A stretch of 64,000 nt of DNA from Holophagales bacterium. GTDB lineage: Bacteria; Acidobacteriota; Thermoanaerobaculia; UBA5066. The position numbers were made by a program, and so were the translations under genes. The DNA lies in assembly GCA_016716705.1 (NCBI GenBank), contig JADJVF010000017.1:53808-117807 (forward strand), read 5' to 3'. Below the pieces are notes generated by a model. It saw only the letters and a program-made list of their open reading frames with translations. It ran no database searches and had not been told where the DNA came from. Positions 58,399 to 64,000 of this stretch are shown here, one piece after another; the first letter of the stretch is position 1, and the number at the start of each line of letters is the position of its first letter.

Positions 58399-60129
58399 CT
58401 AGGCCGGCGAGACTCCGATGCGACGCACGAGATCGATGAAGCGCGCGTCCGGGCGGAGGGGCTCGAGGCCGGGAGCCCCGGGGAGCCAGAACAGGTAGCC
58501 GTCGCGCATCTGGTAGGCCTTCTCCAGCCAGTCGAACGCGACGTCGATCTCGCCGAGCCCCGCGTGGACGACCGCCATCGCGGTCGGCGGGCACTGGCCT
58601 CGCGTGCGGAGCTCCTCGAGCTCGCGGAGCAGGAGCCTGGCTTCGTCCGTCCGGCCGAGCCGGCCATAGACGTGCGCCAGGTAGGAGAGGGACAGGGCTT
58701 CGCGCGAATGGCTCAGAGCCTTCTCGAGGGCGGCAACCGCGTCATCGGCGTGGCCCCGGTGCCACGCCGACCACCCGAGCACGAAATAGGGCTGAAGCGA
58801 ATCCGGGAACAGCTCGATCGTCCTCCTGGCCTGCGCCTCCGCCCGCGCGTGCTGGCCCAGGTGGAGGAACATCCATGCGGCGTACTGGTTCGGCAGGAGA
58901 GCCGCGGGATTGAGCTTCAGCGCGTACTGGACCTCCCTGGTCGCCTCCGGCTTGTCGCCGGTGAAGCACAGCAGCGTCGAATGGAACGAGTGCGCGTCCG
59001 GGTCGCTGGGGCTCAGCTCGATCGCGCGCCGAGCTTCCCGGAGGGCCGCGCCCAGGTCCCAGTCGAGAAGGAGGTCCATCCAGGCGAGGACCAGGTGGGC
59101 CGTGCCGAGACCGTCGTCGACGGCCACGGCCTGAAGCGCCAGGTGCTTCGCGCCGGGGTAGACCTCGCCGGCCGGAGCATGTCCCCAGTAACCCAGCATG
59201 AACAGGCAGGCGGCGTGCAGGGCGAGGCCCGGCGCGAAGTCGGGCGCCCTCAGGTTGATCTCCCGGAAGTGCCGGAGCGCGTTCCCGATTCCCTCCGCGG
59301 TCATCTTGTCGAACTCGGCGCGGGCCTTCAGGTAGGCCTCCGCTATCTCCGGCGCCACCGTCTTCACCGCGGCCTGCGGTGGCAGCGCCGGCCCGGCAGG
59401 TCGCAGCGCCGCGGCGATGGACCCGGCAATCGCCCGCGCCGCCTCGCATTGCGTCGCGAGCACGGCGGACAGGTCGCAGTCGTAGCTGTGCGCCCACGCG
59501 TGGCGCTCGGGATCCATCAGGACCAGCTGCGCCGACACGCGAACGCGACGCCCCTCCACCAGCGCGGCTCCCTCGACGACGCCGTTCACTCGGAGGTCGC
59601 GGGCGATCTCGTCCAGCTTCAGGCTGCTCCCTTTCAGGTGGAGCACGGACTGGCGTGAGATCACCCGCACCGCCGGGATGCGGGCCAGCTCCGTGATGAG
59701 CGCGTCGGTGAGCCCGTCGGCGAAGTAGTCCTTCTCGGGATCGCGGTTCAGGTTGGAGAACGGGAGCACCGCCACCGCGGGCTCTTCGAACGACCGCTCG
59801 TGCCGGACCGGCGCGATGAAGCGGTAGCCACGGCGGGGAAGCGTCTCGACGTAGCGGGGGGACCGGGCGTCGTCGCCGAGAACGGAGCGGATGCGATGGA
59901 CACAGTAGTCCACCCCGGTGTCGTATTCCACGAACGTCGAGTCGTCCCACAGGAGACGACGAATCTCGTCGCGGGAGACAAGTCGGCCGGCCTGCCCCAC
60001 CAGAAAGCACAGCACGCGCGAGGGCTGCGGTCGGAGCTTCCGCACCCTGCCCGCCTTGCGCAACGTTCCGCTTTCCAGGTCGAGCTCGAACGCGCCGAAG
60101 GTGACCCGACCCAACGCGGCCGGCATCAT
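58399..60129 (-). CDS. CadC/OmpR-type winged-helix transcriptional regulator with TolB-like and TPR C-terminal region
   Basis: It has an N-terminal trans_reg_C domain (FGAFELDLESGTLRKAGRVRKLRPQPSRVLCFLV…RDEI…LW), a TolB-N-like segment and TPR-like repeats. Confidence 0.65.
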   Translation of the reverse strand: MMPAALGRVTFGAFELDLESGTLRKAGRVRKLRPQPSRVLCFLVGQAGRLVSRDEIRRLLWDDSTFVEYDTGVDYCVHRIRSVLGDDARSPRYVETLPRRGYRFIAPVRHERSFEEPAVAVLPFSNLNRDPEKDYFADGLTDALITELARIPAVRVISRQSVLHLKGSSLKLDEIARDLRVNGVVEGAALVEGRRVRVSAQLVLMDPERHAWAHSYDCDLSAVLATQCEAARAIAGSIAAALRPAGPALPPQAAVKTVAPEIAEAYLKARAEFDKMTAEGIGNALRHFREINLRAPDFAPGLALHAACLFMLGYWGHAPAGEVYPGAKHLALQAVAVDDGLGTAHLVLAWMDLLLDWDLGAALREARRAIELSPSDPDAHSFHSTLLCFTGDKPEATREVQYALKLNPAALLPNQYAAWMFLHLGQHARAEAQARRTIELFPDSLQPYFVLGWSAWHRGHADDAVAALEKALSHSREALSLSYLAHVYGRLGRTDEARLLLRELEELRTRGQCPPTAMAVVHAGLGEIDVAFDWLEKAYQMRDGYLFWLPGAPGLEPLRPDARFIDLVRRIGVSPA

Positions 60130-60309
60130 GCCGGCATTCTAGCCCGGGCCCGGCAACCTCAGTCCATTCAAAGAGTTGGGCGTACAGGACGAATCCAGCC
60201 AGCATCCAGCCGCCGTCGATGGCCGGCGGGCCCGTGACCACCCACGTTGTGAAGGATGACGGAAGACCGCGTCGGGGCCTTCCAGACGACACACCGAAAG
60301 GAGACGGTC

Positions 60310-60807
60310 ATGAAGCGTTCGTTGTCCATGAGCATCCTGGGAGGCCTGTTGCTGCTCGCGCCGCTTGCCCGGGCCCAGGAATGCCGCTCGTTCGACCCCT
60401 GGACCCTGGCGGGTACCTACACGTTCACCGCCACCGCGTGGCAGGACCTGTCGGAGATCAACCCGGCGCTGCCCAAGGGATACGCCCCCGTCACGATCAT
60501 CGGCGCGTTCGCCGTCAACTTCTCCGGCGCCCTGAACGGCTGGGCGCTCGTCAACGCCGGCGGACTTCAGATGTCCGCGCAGTTCGTCAACTCGAGCTTC
60601 GGCGAGCCCAGGACCGACTGCAGCTTTCCCGTCACCCTCTCGATGAAGATCAACGAGTTCGGCGACGTCGTCACCGGGCCGTACTCCTACGTGGGAGTCG
60701 TCACGAGCAAGGCGCCCGTCTGGGAGATCGCGTTCATGATGCTCGGCACCGGGCCGGGCTCGCACGTGGAGATGGATCACGCGAGGCGGATCTCGATGCA
60801 GCACTAG
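60310..60807 (+). CDS. Secreted hypothetical protein
   Basis: A signal peptide is present (MKRSLSMSILGGLLLLAPLARAQE). I recognise no family. It lies in the lower-GC region. Confidence 0.45.
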   Translation: MKRSLSMSILGGLLLLAPLARAQECRSFDPWTLAGTYTFTATAWQDLSEINPALPKGYAPVTIIGAFAVNFSGALNGWALVNAGGLQMSAQFVNSSFGEPRTDCSFPVTLSMKINEFGDVVTGPYSYVGVVTSKAPVWEIAFMMLGTGPGSHVEMDHARRISMQH

Positions 60808-60895
60808 CGAACGGCTCGCGGCCCTCGAGGAAGTCGGCTCCCTCGGACCTGCGCATGCTTGACACCGACCGCCAAACGCGGTCATATGACAGCTG

Positions 60896-61225
60896 ATGGC
60901 GGTCACGTCACCTTTCGGCTCGCAGAGCCGCACCCGTCTCCTGATCGCCTTGGAGCTTCTCGGGCAGACGTACCCCCGAGAGCTGGCGCGCCTCCTGGGC
61001 TCTTCGCTGTCGGCGACGCAGAAAGGCCTCGAGAGCCTGGAGCGCGACGGCCTCGTCGCCGGCCGACTGGTCGGGCGAACCCGAGTGGTCCAGCTGAACC
61101 CCGCGTACTTCGCCCTGAAGGAGGTCCGGGCGCTGCTCGGCAGGCTCGTCGAAGCCCATCGCGAGCTGGAGTCGAGGATCGCCGCACTTCGGCGCAGGCC
61201 CCGGAAGATCGGAAAGCGCCTTTGA
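60896..61225 (+). CDS. Small winged-helix transcriptional regulator (putative antitoxin)
   Basis: The 109-aa protein has an HTH pattern (RTRLLIALELLGQTYPRELARLLGSSLSATQKGLESLERDGLV). Its stop overlaps the start of the downstream nucleotidyltransferase-like gene. Confidence 0.5.
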   Translation: MAVTSPFGSQSRTRLLIALELLGQTYPRELARLLGSSLSATQKGLESLERDGLVAGRLVGRTRVVQLNPAYFALKEVRALLGRLVEAHRELESRIAALRRRPRKIGKRL

Positions 61226-61797
61226 GGATTACCGAGCTGTCCACCCTCGCGCAGGTCGCCGCAGTCCTGGCTGGCGCACTCCGCGGAGCCGGGATCAGGG
61301 CCGTGCTGACCGGAGGAGCGTGCGCGACGATCTACTCGGCAGGCGGGTACCAGTCCGAAGACCTCGATCTGATTCTCCAGTCCTCACCGACGCAACGATC
61401 GCTCGACGAAGCAATGGCCAAAGCGGGGTTCGCGCGGAACGGCGAGTATTACGAGCACCCGCGGACCTCGTTCTTCGTCGAGTTTCCCCGGGGGCCGCTG
61501 GCGATAGGAACCGACACCGCGATCACGCCGGTCGAGATGCCCGTTGAGGGCGTCCCGGTCCTGCTCCTCTCGGCTACCGACTCCTGCCGCGATCGGCTCG
61601 CGGCGTTCTACCACTGGAGAGACCGCCAGGCCCTTGGGGCAGCCGTCGCGATCGCCACGAATCACGCCCTCGATCTCGAGAATATCCGCGCCTGGAGCCG
61701 GCGAGAGGGGGCGTCTGAGGGGCTCGAGGAGTTCGTGCGCGCTCTGGAAGCCGCGAAGGGCGCCTCGCGTCGCTCCGGGCCGCGTGGTCCTCGCTGA
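61222..61797 (+). CDS. Nucleotidyltransferase-fold protein (AbiEii/MNT-like putative toxin)
   Basis: A TTG start overlaps the upstream stop (TTGA). It carries the minimal NTase motif hG[GS]x9-13DhD (LTGGACATIYSAGGYQSEDLDLIL). Confidence 0.45.
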   Translation: MRITELSTLAQVAAVLAGALRGAGIRAVLTGGACATIYSAGGYQSEDLDLILQSSPTQRSLDEAMAKAGFARNGEYYEHPRTSFFVEFPRGPLAIGTDTAITPVEMPVEGVPVLLLSATDSCRDRLAAFYHWRDRQALGAAVAIATNHALDLENIRAWSRREGASEGLEEFVRALEAAKGASRRSGPRGPR

Positions 61798-62045
61798 ATT
61801 CGCCGAGACGACTGGAGCTACCTGAGGACGCTCTGATCGACCCGCCGGCAGTCATCTCCCACGGCATGGAGAATCTCCGCTGCCTGGCCCTCCTCCAGAG
61901 TCCCGAAGAGCGGAGCCTAGTCCGAAGCCTGGGCGTCTCCTCCTCCGTCTCCGTTTCTCGCCGCCTCACGAATCCCAGTCGCGTCCCGACCGGCCTGCCG
62001 CGGGGTGCGACGAGGTCCGCCACGCCGTCGCTCCGGCACCTGACC

Positions 62046-64000
62046 CTACGGCCGGATGCCCCTCACCTTGGAGGTGTCGGGCTCGGAGAAGTAGAGGATT
62101 CCCCGACCGTCGAACGCCAGGGCTCGAGGCTTTCCCAGCCTCGAGACGGAGCCGAGCGGGCCGTCCGGTGAAGGAGGGCCGCCGCCAAGCTCGCGCCCGG
62201 CGATGACCCGCAGCCGTCCGTCACTGAAGGTGAGGCGCCAGATCCTGTTGTCGCCCGTGGCGTAGTGAAGATTCCCGAGCGGGTCGAAGGCCAGGCCCGT
62301 CACGTTGCCGATGGCTTCCCGAATCGCCTGTCCCTCACCCGACGCGAAGCCGAGGCCGTTTCCGGCGATCGTCGAGATCTTCCCAGACCGATCGACCTTC
62401 CGGATCCGGGAGTTGCCCCCATCGACGAAGGTCAGCGCGCCGCTGCCGTCGACCGCGGGCCAGGCGGGTCTCGAGAGGTCGGCGAGGAGCGCCGGTGCGC
62501 CATCGCCCGCGAACCCCTCGTGTCCCGTCCCCGCGAAGGCCTCCACGCGCCCGTCCGGCGAGATTCGCCAGACGCGGCTTTCCGCTGCCACGAAGACCGC
62601 ACCAGAGCGGTCGACCGCTATTCCGCCGATTCCGGCAAAGCCGTCGGGGAAGCTCTCCCCGTTGACGTTCTTCCGATCCGCGGCGAGGGCGACGACGGCT
62701 CCGTCCCTCTCTTCGATCCGGAAGACGGGCCCATCGCTCTGCGCGAAGTAGACGTTGCCGGCCGAATCCGCGGCCAGGAAGCGCGGCTCGACAATCTCGA
62801 AGAGCAGGCCATGCATCCGCCCTGGCGGGGGCGGGGTACGAAGGGGCCGGCCGCGGGTTTTTCGGCTTCCCGGCAGGGCGAAGAGCCCTCCGCCCGCGAT
62901 CGTCGAGATCCGGCCTGTCCGGGCCGAGACGCTCCGGATCCGGTTGTTGGCGCGGTCCGCGATCAGGACGTCGCCGTTCGGAGCGACGGCAACGCCTTCG
63001 GGCCCGGCCAGCTCTGCATCCCTCCCCGGCGCCCCATCCCCGCAACAGTGGAGGACTCCGCTCCCGGCGAGGATCTGGGGCTCTCCGGAGCCTCTCACCA
63101 CCTTCAACACCTGGCCAACGCCGTGGGCCGGGTTCGAAGCAGCGAACATCGCTCCCTCCCGGTCGAAGGCCAGACCAAGGATCCGGTAGGTGCCCGGTGT
63201 CGACCCGAGGAGCGTCCTGATCCGCCGGGACCGGTCGAGGAAGCGGACCGTACCCAGATCCTCGCCGAACGCGAGCTCGTCCGCCGAGCGAAACGCCAGC
63301 GGGCCGGGGTAGTAGAGGGGTGACGCCGCCGAGAAGCTCCCGATTCCGGGCAAAACGGTGCGGTTCAGGACCTCCCCGTTCCCCGCGACGGCAGTCGCCC
63401 GTCCGGACTCGACCAGGAAGATCTGGCTGTGCCGGGTGTCCGAGTAGTAGAGCTTTCCCGCGGGGCTGATCGCAAGGTCGTGGATGTGCTTGAACGCGTC
63501 GTTCTCCCTGTCAGAGACGACCCGGCCCCTGGCGAAGACGAGCTCGAGCCGGCCCGTCGCGGGATCGACGTACAGGATCTGGGCGCGGGCCGAGTCGCCG
63601 AAGTAGACGCCGCCCCGCGCGTCGACCGCGAGGCCTGTGACGCCGCCGAGCGGAATCTCCGTCGCCGTGCGGCCCACCTGCACCGATCCGCTGAGCCACA
63701 CGGCCTCCCCGTTTCCGGCGATGGGCCGCCTCCGGCCCGTGGCCAGCTCCAGCTCTTCCACCCGGTAGGCCGAGGTGAAGAGGAGGCGTCCCGGCGCCCC
63801 CATCTCGAGATACCTTGGGGAGTCTCCCTTTTCCAGCCGCAGCAACGTCGTGATGACGCCCGTCCGGCGATCGATCCGGCGGAGGCTGCCGTGACCGAAG
63901 TCGGTGAGGTAGACGTCTCCCGACGCGTCGACGACGAGATCCCCAACCATGCCGAGGTCCGCGCTCGCCGCCGGGCCGCCGTCCCCCACGCCGCCCCCCG
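62046..64000 (-). CDS. NHL-repeat (six-bladed beta-propeller) protein, partial (N-terminus beyond window end)
   Basis: It contains many NHL-type repeats (…DVYLTD…; GVYFGDS…ILYVD; LIADRANNRIRSV; LHYATGDNRIWRL). The ORF is open to the window edge. Confidence 0.65.
   Translation of the reverse strand, partial: GGGVGDGGPAASADLGMVGDLVVDASGDVYLTDFGHGSLRRIDRRTGVITTLLRLEKGDSPRYLEMGAPGRLLFTSAYRVEELELATGRRRPIAGNGEAVWLSGSVQVGRTATEIPLGGVTGLAVDARGGVYFGDSARAQILYVDPATGRLELVFARGRVVSDRENDAFKHIHDLAISPAGKLYYSDTRHSQIFLVESGRATAVAGNGEVLNRTVLPGIGSFSAASPLYYPGPLAFRSADELAFGEDLGTVRFLDRSRRIRTLLGSTPGTYRILGLAFDREGAMFAASNPAHGVGQVLKVVRGSGEPQILAGSGVLHCCGDGAPGRDAELAGPEGVAVAPNGDVLIADRANNRIRSVSARTGRISTIAGGGLFALPGSRKTRGRPLRTPPPPGRMHGLLFEIVEPRFLAADSAGNVYFAQSDGPVFRIEERDGAVVALAADRKNVNGESFPDGFAGIGGIAVDRSGAVFVAAESRVWRISPDGRVEAFAGTGHEGFAGDGAPALLADLSRPAWPAVDGSGALTFVDGGNSRIRKVDRSGKISTIAGNGLGFASGEGQAIREAIGNVTGLAFDPLGNLHYATGDNRIWRLTFSDGRLRVIAGRELGGGPPSPDGPLGSVSRLGKPRALAFDGRGILYFSEPDTSKVRGIRP

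Noticed and set aside
58237-60292. ORFs 58237..59658 (plus strand) and 58742..60292 (minus strand)
   Set aside because: They overlap the CadC-like regulator gene in other frames or on the other strand, with no domain signal.

Overview
This is a very high-GC (about 70%) bacterial chromosomal segment whose gene content (YebC-RuvC, Hanks-type Ser/Thr kinase, CsgG-like lipoprotein, DUF4388, c-type cytochrome) suggests an Acidobacteriota-like or similar soil/sediment lineage. The lineage call is a guess from gene content only. About 60 genes can be supported. Most are housekeeping or accessory-metabolic: yebC, ruvC, fabH, gltA, fur, lepB, queF, gatB-ftsE-ftsX, dusB, rph, murI, amiC-like, pilT and one tRNA-Pro(TGG).

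The main non-housekeeping feature is a three-gene, translationally coupled defence-type operon on the minus strand (47680-53622). It encodes a DExH helicase, a DUF1998 protein and an HKD phospholipase-D nuclease, which is the DrmA-DrmB-DrmC core of DISARM. No methyltransferase, drmD or drmE gene is within reach, and the helicase carries a +1/-1 frameshift.

Other anomalies:
- A roughly 640-bp stretch (23095-23740) consists only of G and C. It replaces almost all of a GlcD-like FAD-linked oxidase gene and is most likely a sequencing or assembly artefact.
- A gene at 34886-36728 has about 13 tandem 48-bp repeats encoding a Pro/Arg-rich 16-residue unit, with an internal 1-nt indel.
- A GerMN domain is fused in frame to MurI, next to rph.
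- The last roughly 4.5 kb (57.5-62 kb) has lower GC and contains a CadC-like regulator, NTF2-like proteins and an overlapping wHTH plus nucleotidyltransferase pair that looks like a toxin-antitoxin module.

Because of the GC content, every region also carries long spurious antisense ORFs. These were not called as genes.
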